NCBI GenBank assembly: GCA_020847175.1
Contig: JADLCM010000052.1
Location: 17,014-81,013 of the forward strand
DNA: 64,000 nt
Origin: Phycisphaerales bacterium
GTDB lineage: Bacteria > Planctomycetota > Phycisphaerae > Phycisphaerales > UBA1924
Reading direction: 5' to 3'
The position numbers and the translations under genes were made by a program. Every line of letters starts with the position of its first letter. Position 1 is the first letter of the stretch. The notes under the pieces were generated by a model. That model was not told the origin of the DNA and ran no database searches. It saw nothing but the letters and a program-made list of their open reading frames with translations. Shown in pieces: positions 9,576 through 18,337 of this stretch.

Positions 9576-10502
9576 CTACCGCGTGTCGGGGTTGCCCTCG
9601 CACTTGCCCTTGCTCATCATCGAGCCGGCCCAGGCGATGCCCACCGGCATGCCCAGCACCCCCCCGGCGAGCCAGTCGAGGGGCTCGATGTGCCCGAGCG
9701 GGAACATGCGTCCGGCGTAGCAGGCGTCGATCAGGGCGGCCCCGCTGCCGCTCACCGCGAGCGTCACCCACGGCCCGAGCACGGCGACAAGCACGATCCC
9801 CGTGGCGACCCCCAACGGCGGCACGCGATCGTCGATCATCGAGCCCGCGAGGCGACCCGCCGCGCCGGCGGCGATGCCCCCGAAGCACGCGGCCGCGACG
9901 GCCTGTCCCTTGAGGGGTTCGATGGCGACCAGCCAGCCCCCGAATGCGGCTCCCGCCGCGGCGCCGACCATGGTCGCGACGAAGGAGGGAAGCACCCGGG
10001 AGGCCTTTCCGTGGTACTCCTCGCGCTCCGCGCCTGTGGTGCTGCGTGAGAGCCGCAGGACGATCGCGACCGCCGCGAGGCCCGGCAGCCCGAGCACAAG
10101 GGCTTCGATGCCGAGGCGCCGCATGGGCGCATCACTCTGCGCGGTGCGGAGCAGTTCATCCACCGGCCCCGTGCGCCACGCGGCCCAAAGCAGCACGAAG
10201 GCCAGAATCTTGAGCCCGAACCGCGGCCCGAACATCCGCCCCGCAGGCGCTCCGAGCAGGAGGGCCAGGGCGAGGGCCCCGAACCCGGCGATGAGCCCGG
10301 CGCCGGTCGAGACGCCGGTCAGGGGCGTGGCGAAATGGGAGCCGTCCGAAGCCCGGAGCGCTCCCGTCAAGCGCCCGGCAAGCGGCCCGATGACCAGCAG
10401 GGCCGCGATCATGAACATCCATCGCAGGGCGACCCGGGACCAGAGCGGCGCGCCGGAGACCGAGGCCGGACCTTCCGAAACGTGGGCGGCAGCCATCGAC
10501 AT
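9576..10502 (-). CDS. hypothetical polytopic membrane protein
   Basis: 308-aa ORF with about 8 Gly/Ala-rich hydrophobic segments and high GC3. No family recognised. Confidence 0.55.
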   Translation of the reverse strand: MSMAAAHVSEGPASVSGAPLWSRVALRWMFMIAALLVIGPLAGRLTGALRASDGSHFATPLTGVSTGAGLIAGFGALALALLLGAPAGRMFGPRFGLKILAFVLLWAAWRTGPVDELLRTAQSDAPMRRLGIEALVLGLPGLAAVAIVLRLSRSTTGAEREEYHGKASRVLPSFVATMVGAAAGAAFGGWLVAIEPLKGQAVAAACFGGIAAGAAGRLAGSMIDDRVPPLGVATGIVLVAVLGPWVTLAVSGSGAALIDACYAGRMFPLGHIEPLDWLAGGVLGMPVGIAWAGSMMSKGKCEGNPDTR

Positions 10503-10654
10503 GGGTCAGGTGCTCCAGCGCCCGCCGGGCGGGCGAGCAAACAAAACCGGCCGCTCGCATGATCCCGTGTTGGCCGTCCGACGCGCTCGCGCCGGGAATG
10601 CGCCTCGCGCGCTTCCGCGGGGCGAGAGGCCCGCGTGCTGGTCCACGACCGGCC

Positions 10655-11710
10655 TCACTGACCGGGCTTCGCAGCCCCCGACGTGCCCGCGATCGACTCG
10701 CGCATGGATGTGTCCGCAACCATGTTCTTCATGCGGTAGTAATCCATGATGCCGAAGTTGCCGCCGCGGAAGGCCTCGCTCATGGCCTTGGGGATCTCGG
10801 CCTCGGCGGCCACGACCAGGGCCCGGTTCTTCTGCTCCAGGGCCTTGAACTCCTGCTCCTCGGCGACCGCGAGGGCGCGGCGCTTCTCGGCCTCGGCCTG
10901 GGCCATCTGCTTGTTGGCGTTGGCCTGGTCGAGGTCGAGCTTGGCGCCGATGTTCTCGCCCACGTCGATGTCAGCGATGTCGATGGAGAGAATCTCGAAT
11001 GCAGTGCCCGCGTCGAGGCCCGAGCGCATCACGGTCTTGGAGATCTCGTCCGGGTTCTCCAGCACGTGCTTGTGGTCGGCGGCGGAGCCGATCGTGGAGA
11101 CGATGCCCTGGCCGACACGGGCGATGATGGTTTCTTCTGTGGCGCCGCCGACGAGGCGGGCGATGTTGGTGCGCACGGTGACGCGGGCCCGGACCTTGAG
11201 CTGAATGCCGTTCTTGGCGACGGCATCGATCGTGCCGCGCTGTGTGCTCTGGCCGGGGCAGTCGATGACCTTGGGGTTGACGGAGGTCTGCACGGCGTCG
11301 AAGAGGTCGCGCCCGGCGAGGTCGATGGCCGCGGCGGTATCCCAGGCGAGGTCAATGCGGGCGCCACGGGCCGCGATGAGGGCGCTCACGACGTTGGGCA
11401 CGCGCCCGCCGGCGAGGTAATGCGTCTCCAGTTGGTTCGTGGTGACGTTGAGGCCTGCCTTCACGGCGCGGATGCGGCTGAACACGATCGTCCGCACGTC
11501 CACCTTCCGCAGGCGCATGCCAATCATGTCCCACAGCGAAACTCGGGCATTGGAGAGAAAGGCCTGGATCCAGAGGTTGATGAAGTTGCCGATGACAAAC
11601 AACACCACCAGCACGACGATGAGCACGATGCCCGCGATCGCATAGACCACGACCTGCCCGGTCGAGGCCGCGGGCGCAAGGAGCACGGCGGCAGGTTGAA
11701 TCAGGCTCAT
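10655..11710 (-). CDS. floA: flotillin-like protein FloA (SPFH domain, UPF0365/YqfA family)
   Basis: N-terminal TM followed by [26 protein letters not shown]...[16 protein letters not shown]...VNPKVIDCP, typical of FloA. Start set at ATG 11710 (MSLIQP...). Confidence 0.85.
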   Translation of the reverse strand: MSLIQPAAVLLAPAASTGQVVVYAIAGIVLIVVLVVLFVIGNFINLWIQAFLSNARVSLWDMIGMRLRKVDVRTIVFSRIRAVKAGLNVTTNQLETHYLAGGRVPNVVSALIAARGARIDLAWDTAAAIDLAGRDLFDAVQTSVNPKVIDCPGQSTQRGTIDAVAKNGIQLKVRARVTVRTNIARLVGGATEETIIARVGQGIVSTIGSAADHKHVLENPDEISKTVMRSGLDAGTAFEILSIDIADIDVGENIGAKLDLDQANANKQMAQAEAEKRRALAVAEEQEFKALEQKNRALVVAAEAEIPKAMSEAFRGGNFGIMDYYRMKNMVADTSMRESIAGTSGAAKPGQ

Positions 11711-11873
11711 CAGCGGCGACTCCCCGGTTCGGGTGGTTCTCGTGCCAGCCGGTGTTCGCACCGACCGGCCGGGGCAGTATACGGATGTGCAGCGCGGGTG
11801 TCACCGGAGGCGGCCCTCACCCGCGCTCGACTCCGGGATCAAGCGGAGGGGCGACCGCGAGCAGAGGCCGGTC

Positions 11874-11921
11874 AGCAAAAAGACAGCGCGGCCTCCCCCC
11901 GTGGCGGGCGGGAAGGCCGCG
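11874..11921 (-). terminator. rho-independent terminator downstream of PEP-CTERM gene 1
   Basis: On the minus strand, an 8-bp stem CGCGGCCT/AGGCCGCG (11887-11894 / 11914-11921) with a 19-nt loop is followed by TGTCTTTTTG. Confidence 0.5.
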
Positions 11922-11946
11922 TTGAAAGCACGCGTGCGAGGCACGT

Positions 11947-12651
11947 CTAGAGGCGGCGCGCCGCGCGGCGGCGCCCCGAAGCCAGCAGGCCCATTGCGCC
12001 GAGCACCGCGACAGAACCGGGGGCCGGGGCGATGCCCACGATGCGGAAGATCAGGAACTCTCCATGATCCGCGCCAGGCGTCAGCGGGTTGCCCCCCCCG
12101 GCCGCGGGCGCCCACACCCACTGCGCCGTCGGGTCAATCAACGGGAATGCGCCCCACGGGCCCAATCCCGGGTTCGTGTATCCGGGCCATGAGACGGCGG
12201 GCGTCCAGAGCCCATTGGTGGTGGCGTAGGCGATGGCCGCGTCAGTCTGCGCGACCGTGGGAAGCAGGTTGGCCGGCCACGGGCCGGGCGTTCCGAAGAT
12301 GGGCATCAAGTAGTCGCCCGCGCGGAACACTTCCCAGGCCACGTCGCCCGTCAGCACCGTGGTGCTGGTGGTGAGATTGCGGAATGATCCGAGGAAACCC
12401 TGCGCGACGGAGCGGTCGGAAGCCGTCGTGACGTACAAGTAGTCGGTCGGGGCCCGCCCCAGCACGCTGTACGTCTCCATCGTGGGCCAATACGTGTCGC
12501 CCCCGACCGTTGTTGTCGTCATCATGCTGGTGCCGAAGTAAAGGTCGTACTGGTTGTCGACCGTCATGCGGATGAGCCAGTCATCCGCATGGGCCGAGGC
12601 TGCCAGCCCCACGACCACCGGGATAGCAACGCGCGCACACAACCGCACCAT
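11947..12651 (-). CDS. secreted protein with C-terminal PEP-CTERM-type sorting signal
   Basis: Signal peptide MVRLCARVAIPVVVGLAASAHA. The C-terminus APAPGSVAVLGAMGLLASGRRRAARRL follows the pattern P-x-P motif + TM + Arg cluster. AAGGAG lies 7 nt upstream of ATG 12651. Confidence 0.7.
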   Translation of the reverse strand: MVRLCARVAIPVVVGLAASAHADDWLIRMTVDNQYDLYFGTSMMTTTTVGGDTYWPTMETYSVLGRAPTDYLYVTTASDRSVAQGFLGSFRNLTTSTTVLTGDVAWEVFRAGDYLMPIFGTPGPWPANLLPTVAQTDAAIAYATTNGLWTPAVSWPGYTNPGLGPWGAFPLIDPTAQWVWAPAAGGGNPLTPGADHGEFLIFRIVGIAPAPGSVAVLGAMGLLASGRRRAARRL

Positions 12652-12738
12652 GTCTCGTCTCCTTCATGTGCCGGACGCTGCGCCGTGAGCCCGCTGACGA
12701 AGGGGGCCAATCACGGGGCGCCGGCTCTCCTCGTCCTC

Positions 12739-12767
12739 GGTATATCAGAAGCCGCCTTCGATGTCAA
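12739..12767 (-). promoter_or_regulatory. sigma-70-like promoter for PEP-CTERM gene 1
   Basis: Minus strand reads TTGACA (12767-12762), a 17-nt spacer, then TATACC (12744-12739). It lies about 85 nt upstream of ATG 12651, directly after the upstream terminator. Confidence 0.55.
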
Positions 12768-12820
12768 GGGAATCACTGGCGAATCCGGCGCGAAAAACGA
12801 TCTGACCCTTGCCTCTGCCC

Positions 12821-12856
12821 GCAAACAAAACAGGCCCGGCGAAAGGCCGAGCCTGT
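12821..12856 (-). terminator. rho-independent terminator of the 12924-13901 gene
   Basis: Minus strand has hairpin ACAGGC-(U)-CGGC / loop CUUUC / GCCG-(G)-GCCUGU (stems of 6+4 bp, the bracketed bases forming a 1x1 mismatch), followed by TTTGTTTGC. Confidence 0.6.
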
Positions 12857-12923
12857 CCCGGCTGGTCAGCGTGCAACCTGGGGCCTCAGGCTCGCACGGT
12901 CGAACAGCCTCCCACGAGTCTCT

Positions 12924-13901
12924 TCAGATGCGTGACCGCCGGGTCGGCGCTCGCTGCGGGCTTCCTTCGGGCTCAACCATGAACCACCGCATGGAGCGGG
13001 GCCCGCCCGTGTCGGGGCGCCCGGCGTCCGGTCCAACCGCGGGGCCCTCGCCCGCGCGGCCCTCTCCACGCCGGAAGCGGAACTGCATGTCGCGGGGCGG
13101 AACGCGCTGCACGTCCGGATTGCCGCGAGCCTCTCCGCGTCGGCGCAGGATCATCACCTGCGGCTCTCCGTCGCCCCGGGCGCCCATTTGCGGCTCCGGG
13201 CGGAACTCGAAGATGCGTCCCTGAAACCCCGGACCACCCTGGGAACCATCGCCCCCGCGAAGGAAAGGCCGTCGGCCTTGGCCTTCCGGGATGCTCCGGG
13301 AACCGCGCCGGAGTTGACGGCCCTCGAACTGCTGACCCGGGAAGGGGCGACCGCGGAATCCCTCGATCCCCCGGCGGTCGGCGCGCGGGCCTCGGAGTTC
13401 CCGACCGCTGAAACCCTGCTGCATACGGCGCTCGAAAAGGCGACGGCCCAGTTCACGTCTGCGCTCCGGGGGCATGTCGCGGAGACGCTGCGCAAGATCG
13501 GGGTGGTTCCGGGCGAACTCGCGCGCTCGGCTGCGCATCTCGCCGCGCAGACGCGGGCGGCCTTGGCCGTCGGGCGCGTTCGGCGCGGCCTGCGGGGCGT
13601 CCTGGGGTTCGATGCCCGGGCCGCCTTGCGGGAAGTCCTGTTCGCGGCGCCGCGTCATGCCGCGACGAGGGGGCGCATCGTTCGGACGCGCCTCCGGGGC
13701 GGGCTCGTTCTGCGCCGCCTGCGGGGCGCGGCGCTTCGGGGCGTGTTCGACCTCGTCTGATGGTTCAGTCGGCGGCTCCGCCGGCTGCACGCGGCGCGCG
13801 CGCCGGGGCGCCTCGTCAGGCTGGATGAGGGTTGCGGACGCGTGGGCCACAATGCCCGCGAGTGCGAGGCCGGCGATTGCCACGATGGATCGGCTGGTCA
13901 T
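12924..13901 (-). CDS. secreted low-complexity Arg/Gly/Pro/Gln-rich protein (hypothetical)
   Basis: Signal peptide MTSRSIVAIAGLALAGIVAHASA. The rest is R/G/P/Q/E-rich with reiterated F-x-G-R-type motifs. ATG 13901 lies 5 nt after an AGGA (GAGGA) SD motif; GTG 13913 is an alternative. Confidence 0.55.
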   Translation of the reverse strand: MTSRSIVAIAGLALAGIVAHASATLIQPDEAPRRARRVQPAEPPTEPSDEVEHAPKRRAPQAAQNEPAPEARPNDAPPRRGMTRRREQDFPQGGPGIEPQDAPQAAPNAPDGQGRPRLRGEMRSRAREFARNHPDLAQRLRDMPPERRRELGRRLFERRMQQGFSGRELRGPRADRRGIEGFRGRPFPGQQFEGRQLRRGSRSIPEGQGRRPFLRGGDGSQGGPGFQGRIFEFRPEPQMGARGDGEPQVMILRRRGEARGNPDVQRVPPRDMQFRFRRGEGRAGEGPAVGPDAGRPDTGGPRSMRWFMVEPEGSPQRAPTRRSRI

Positions 13902-14019
13902 GGGTGTCCTCACAGATGGGGCCTTGCTCCTCGGCCCTCACGCCCAACGCCGGAGGCGGGCCCGCATTGCACGTCGATGACGCCGTGCCGCGGCGTCCGT
14001 CGGCGGTTATTCTGCCCGC

Positions 14020-14667
14020 ATGAGGCGAGGCGACCGCTGGGTGGCACTCTTCACGGCCGGGTACATTGCGGCGTTTGCGGTGCCGGCGGTTTCGTACGGC
14101 AATCGAGAGTTCATCTTCTACGCCGCGGTCATGGTCGTGCTGGTCGCCCTGCTTCTGATGGCGCATCGGCGGTGCGGGTTGTCGCCGGGCGTGCTCTGGG
14201 GCCTCGCGGCGTGGGGGCTGATGCACATGGCGGGGGGGACGGTGCGGATCCCCGAAACCTGGCCTCGGGAAGGCGCCAATACCCTCTACAACCTGCGCGC
14301 GCTGCCGTGGCTCCCCAAGTATGACCAGGTGACGCACGCCTACGGCTTCGGAGTCGCGACGCTCGCCTCGTACCAGATGCTCTCCGCGGCGGTGCTTGGG
14401 AAAGGGGGGCGGCTGCCGGTCTCGTTCGGCCTCGCGGTGGCTCTCGTGTGCATCGGCATGGGCCTGGGCGCGCTCAACGAAGTGGTGGAGTTCATCGCGG
14501 TGCTCTCGATGCCGAACACCAACGTGGGCGGATACATGAACACCGGATGGGACCTCGTGTCCAACCTGACGGGTTGCGTGCTTGCGGCGGCGTGGATCGC
14601 TGCGCGTGCCCGCGCCAACCCCGGCGCGCGTTCAGCCGGGTCGCTCCCGGTTTCTTCCAATGCGTGA
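14020..14667 (+). CDS. inner-membrane protein, DUF2238/YjdF-like (tentative)
   Basis: 215 aa with 5-6 TM helices. YDQVTHAYGFGVAT resembles the Y-D-x-x-x-H-x-x-x-G-F block of YjdF-family proteins. Confidence 0.5.
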   Translation: MRRGDRWVALFTAGYIAAFAVPAVSYGNREFIFYAAVMVVLVALLLMAHRRCGLSPGVLWGLAAWGLMHMAGGTVRIPETWPREGANTLYNLRALPWLPKYDQVTHAYGFGVATLASYQMLSAAVLGKGGRLPVSFGLAVALVCIGMGLGALNEVVEFIAVLSMPNTNVGGYMNTGWDLVSNLTGCVLAAAWIAARARANPGARSAGSLPVSSNA

Positions 14668-14699
14668 ACAGCCTGTGCCGCGCCGAGGTCGCGAGGCGA

Positions 14700-15572
14700 T
14701 CACACCACGGCATCATCGGAGACATCGGAAGCGTCGGGCTTCCATCGCGCCGCCTTGAGCCACTGGAAGAACCCCGCCGGGGGGCGTCCCGGGGGGGCCA
14801 TGATGCTGCGTCGCCCGGCGGCGCGCACGAACGCCGCCATCTCGTGCACGGCCGGGCTTGACTCCCCGATCGCGTCGAGCCCGGCGATGAGTTCGTCGCG
14901 TGGCGTGGTGCGAGCAAGCAGCGTGCGGAATGCGTGCCACACGGCGTCGATCTCGGCTCGCTCCATGCCTGCCCGTCGCATGCCGACTCGGTTGATGCCG
15001 GCGAGCGAATCGCGCCCCGCGGAGACGCAGAACGGCGGCACGTCGCTCGGGACCGGCGCCCCCCCCGAAATGAATGCGAGCCGCCCGATGCGCGTGAACT
15101 GGTGCACCAGCACCGCCCCTGAGAGCGTGGCCTGGTCATCGACGGACGAGTGGCCCGCAAGGGCCGTGTTGTTCACCAGCACCACACGGTTTCCCACCCG
15201 GGCGTCGTGCCCGAGGTGCGTGTTGACCATCATGAAGACGTTGTCGCCCACCCGCGTCGGCACATCGACCTTGGTCGCCGCGTGGACCGTGACGTGCTCG
15301 CGGATGATGCATTTAGCCCCGATCACGACGCCCGCGGTCGGGTCTCCCGGCTTGAACTTGACATCCTGCGGGGGAAGCCCGATGCACGCACCCGGGTAAA
15401 GCGTGGTGCCCGCGCCGATCTCGAGCGGCCCGCAGAGATGAACGTGGGCGACGAGGGTGACGCCCGCGCCAAGCCGGACCCGGCCCTCGACGATGCACCA
15501 GGGCCCGATCGAGACATCCGGGGCGAGATCCGCCTCGGGCCCGATGATCGCGGTAGGGTGAACCTTCGCCAT
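14700..15572 (-). CDS. lpxA: acyl-ACP--UDP-N-acetylglucosamine O-acyltransferase
   Basis: N-terminus MAKVHPTAIIGPEADLAPDVSIGPWCIVEG followed by left-handed beta-helix hexapeptide repeats. Also contains HLGHDARVGN, VHQFTRIGR and AGINRVGMRRAG. Start set at ATG 15572. Confidence 0.9.
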   Translation of the reverse strand: MAKVHPTAIIGPEADLAPDVSIGPWCIVEGRVRLGAGVTLVAHVHLCGPLEIGAGTTLYPGACIGLPPQDVKFKPGDPTAGVVIGAKCIIREHVTVHAATKVDVPTRVGDNVFMMVNTHLGHDARVGNRVVLVNNTALAGHSSVDDQATLSGAVLVHQFTRIGRLAFISGGAPVPSDVPPFCVSAGRDSLAGINRVGMRRAGMERAEIDAVWHAFRTLLARTTPRDELIAGLDAIGESSPAVHEMAAFVRAAGRRSIMAPPGRPPAGFFQWLKAARWKPDASDVSDDAVV

Positions 15573-15657
15573 GCGGCATGGTAGGAATCCCGGGGTTCGC
15601 GCACGGCCTATGCCAAGGTCCGAGATCTCGCGCCGGGCGGGTCGGATAGCATCGGGC

Positions 15658-16119
15658 ATGGTGACTCCCGCAGAACTCCGCGGATTGGACGCCGCCCTCG
15701 CTCAGGCGCGTAAATCCTTGGCCGAAGGGGGCATCCCCATCGGTTCGGTGCTGCTCGACGCAGAGGGGGTCATCGTGAGCGTGGGGCACAATCTTCGGGT
15801 TCAGACGGGCGACACCACCGCCCATGCGGAGACCGTGTGCATGCGCCATGCCGGTCGGCGGCGTGACTGGCACACCCTCACCCTCGTCAGCACGCTCAGC
15901 CCGTGCGCGATGTGCACCGGGGCGGCGGTGCTGCACCGGGTCCGCCGGGTGATCGTGGGCGAGAACCGCACCTTCCTCGGGCGCGAGGACTGGCTGCGGG
16001 CTTCGGGCATCGAGGTTGAAGTCGTGGACGACCTCGCGTGCGTCCGGATCATGCAGGGGTTCATCCGCGAAAAGCCGGCGCTCTGGGACGAGGACATCGG
16101 CGTCCCTGAGAGAACCTGA
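15658..16119 (+). CDS. cytosine deaminase, CDA-fold (yeast FCY1-type)
   Basis: Zn motifs AHAE and SPCAMC are present. VGENRTF..., VVDD...C..IM..FI...P..W.EDIG aligns along the whole length with FCY1-type cytosine deaminases as I recall them. ATG at 15658. Confidence 0.75.
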   Translation: MVTPAELRGLDAALAQARKSLAEGGIPIGSVLLDAEGVIVSVGHNLRVQTGDTTAHAETVCMRHAGRRRDWHTLTLVSTLSPCAMCTGAAVLHRVRRVIVGENRTFLGREDWLRASGIEVEVVDDLACVRIMQGFIREKPALWDEDIGVPERT

Positions 16120-16155
16120 CCAGGGCGTCTCGCCCGAGACCGGGGGGGCCTCCCA

Positions 16156-17145
16156 TCACGACTCGTCGTCGCCTTCTTCTTCCGCCGGCGCTTCCGGCGC
16201 GGCTTCAAGGGCGGCGGGTCCGGCGGCCCGAATGACGGATTCGCTCATCACGTCGTAGCAGGTGGCGAGCAGACCCACGAGGGGGAATCGACTCTCGGTG
16301 AAAGGGCTCGGGCCCAGGCGCCGCAGGATCGGGTGGCTCACCTGGGGCCTGCCGATGGGCAGATCGAGTTCGCGCAGTTCCGGGCCGCACTCCCAGAAGT
16401 GCTCCAGGAATTGCTCCAGCGGCTGAGCCTGCGCATCGCTGACCCCGGGCACCCGGATGGTGTGGACGGGGACGGCCTCGGTGCTGCCGGCGACCGCGCG
16501 GCGCTGGCGCACCCTGTCGATCAGGTCTTCAGCAGAGACGCCGCGCAGCACGAAGGCGAGCAGGGGCTCCGCCGCGAGGCGCTGGGCGACGAGCAGGGCG
16601 AGGCAACAGGCGTGCTTGCACCAGGGGCCGCCTTCGCGGCATGAACACCGGGCATCCACGTCCGAGGCATCGCGCGCGAAGAGCCCTGCGCCCCGAGCGC
16701 GGAAGAGCTCGTCGATGTCGCCCGGCAGTTCGCCCGAGAGCACCCGGGCGGCGTGGGCGGCCTGGTCGGCCATGACATCCACTACGCCGGACCAGACCTC
16801 ATCGGGCACGCGCCGGAACACGAGCGATGTGCGGTAGGGCGAGTCGAGCCGTCCTTGCACAAAGGCGTGCACCGCGCCGGGTTCAATCTCCATCGAGCGC
16901 ACCTGCCCGAGCTCGGCGTACTCGCGCCCGGCCCGCTGGTTCTCGACGGAGGCGAGCCCGGCCACAAACGACATCCAGGGGCCCGATGCGCTGCCGTGGT
17001 CGATTCGATCTTGAAGCGCAGTGAACTTGACGCCCGCGCGGACACGGCGCGGCTTGGTGGGCACCTCGCGGCGCGGGCGGTGCACCGGCACACCGGGGGA
17101 GCCCAGCGGTCCGGGCGTGGTGGGCCTGATCGGGGGTTCGGTCAT
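16156..17145 (-). CDS. SWIM zinc-finger domain protein
   Basis: Contains CSCREGGPWCKHACCLALLV, the CxC...CxH SWIM signature. The C-terminal tail is acidic. Confidence 0.75.
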   Translation of the reverse strand: MTEPPIRPTTPGPLGSPGVPVHRPRREVPTKPRRVRAGVKFTALQDRIDHGSASGPWMSFVAGLASVENQRAGREYAELGQVRSMEIEPGAVHAFVQGRLDSPYRTSLVFRRVPDEVWSGVVDVMADQAAHAARVLSGELPGDIDELFRARGAGLFARDASDVDARCSCREGGPWCKHACCLALLVAQRLAAEPLLAFVLRGVSAEDLIDRVRQRRAVAGSTEAVPVHTIRVPGVSDAQAQPLEQFLEHFWECGPELRELDLPIGRPQVSHPILRRLGPSPFTESRFPLVGLLATCYDVMSESVIRAAGPAALEAAPEAPAEEEGDDES

Positions 17146-17187
17146 GTGTCGTGCATCCGTGCGGAGGGGGCAGGCGGGCGGTGCACC

Positions 17188-17754
17188 TCAGTGGTGGGGC
17201 GCGCCGGCCGACGAGCCGGCGGCTTCGGCCCGGCAGATCTCGTCAATCGTGCGCACGAGGCCCTCGGGCGTGGCATTCTCGTGGAGCGACTCATTGACGA
17301 GCGCCGCGGGCGCCGTGCCGCACGAGCCCAGGCATTCGAGTTCGATGAGCGTGAACAGGCCGTCGTCCGTGGTTTCGCCGACATCGATCCCAAGGCGGTC
17401 CTTGACGGCCTGGGTGACCCGTTCGTGGCCGGCGAATTCGCATGCGATGGAGCGGCAGATGGAAACCAGGTACTTGCCCCGCGGCTTGAGCCAGTATTCC
17501 TCATAGAACGACGCGGTGTCGTACACCTCCGCCGGCTCGAGCTTCAGAAACGACGCAACCTCAAGCATCGCCTGGGCAGGCACCCAGCCGTGCTCGTGCT
17601 GGATCATGTGCAGGGCGGGGAGGAGCGCGGCGTGCGTGGTCTCGTACCGGGGCAGCACCTCGCGGGTGAGGCGATCGCGCATGGACTGGGTCAGGTACGG
17701 CTCGTCGCGGCGCTCGATGCCCATGGTTCCCGAGGGCTTCACGATCCAGGCCAT
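17188..17754 (-). CDS. nuoE: NuoE-like thioredoxin-fold [2Fe-2S] protein (NADH dehydrogenase subunit E family)
   Basis: Contains LLPALHMIQHEHGWVP, ASFYEEY, ICRSIAC and ECLGSCGTAPA (four Cys ligands). No other nuo genes are adjacent. Confidence 0.8.
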   Translation of the reverse strand: MAWIVKPSGTMGIERRDEPYLTQSMRDRLTREVLPRYETTHAALLPALHMIQHEHGWVPAQAMLEVASFLKLEPAEVYDTASFYEEYWLKPRGKYLVSICRSIACEFAGHERVTQAVKDRLGIDVGETTDDGLFTLIELECLGSCGTAPAALVNESLHENATPEGLVRTIDEICRAEAAGSSAGAPHH

Positions 17755-17815
17755 GCGGGGTCTCCGTCGTGGGGTTCAGACCGTAGGCGGGGCGGGGCGC
17801 GGTCAACCCGGGAAC

Positions 17816-18307
17816 TCAGGCCGGGGCCTTCTCCTGCGAGGCGAGCAGGTCGTAGATCTCCTGGGGTGACGACGAGGCGTAGATCCGTCGACGGAAGGCT
17901 TCCATCGTCATCAGGCGGCTGACTCGCGCCAGCGCCTGGATGTGCTCGCTCGTACGGTCCGGGGGGCTCGCCAAGAGCACGATCAACTGCACGGGCTGCC
18001 CGTCGATCGCTTCAAAGTCGAGCGCCTCGGCAGGCTTCCCGATCGCCATGGCAAGGTTGGCGACCCCGGCGCCCTTGCCGTGAGGGATCGCCAGGCCGTG
18101 GCCGATGCCTGTCGTGCGCGTCTGTTCGCGCATCCAGACGGCCTCCTTCAGCGCGGGGGCATTGGTGACGCGCCCGGCGGCGGCAAGCACATCGACGAGC
18201 TCGTCGATGACCGCGCGCTTGGTCGTCGCCATGAGCGGCGCCCGGATGCAGTCGATGGTGAGAATGTCGAGCAAGTTCATCGCAGACGTGCTCCGCACGG
18301 GCGCCAC
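17816..18307 (-). CDS. ptsN: PTS EIIA-Ntr type regulatory protein
   Basis: Contains REQTRTTGIGHGLAIPHGK (phospho-His context) and QLIVLLASP..., typical of the EIIA(Fru/Ntr) fold. Confidence 0.8.
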   Translation of the reverse strand: MAPVRSTSAMNLLDILTIDCIRAPLMATTKRAVIDELVDVLAAAGRVTNAPALKEAVWMREQTRTTGIGHGLAIPHGKGAGVANLAMAIGKPAEALDFEAIDGQPVQLIVLLASPPDRTSEHIQALARVSRLMTMEAFRRRIYASSSPQEIYDLLASQEKAPA

Positions 18308-18337
18308 CGAGGGCCAAGGCTGAGTGTAGGCCCCCAG

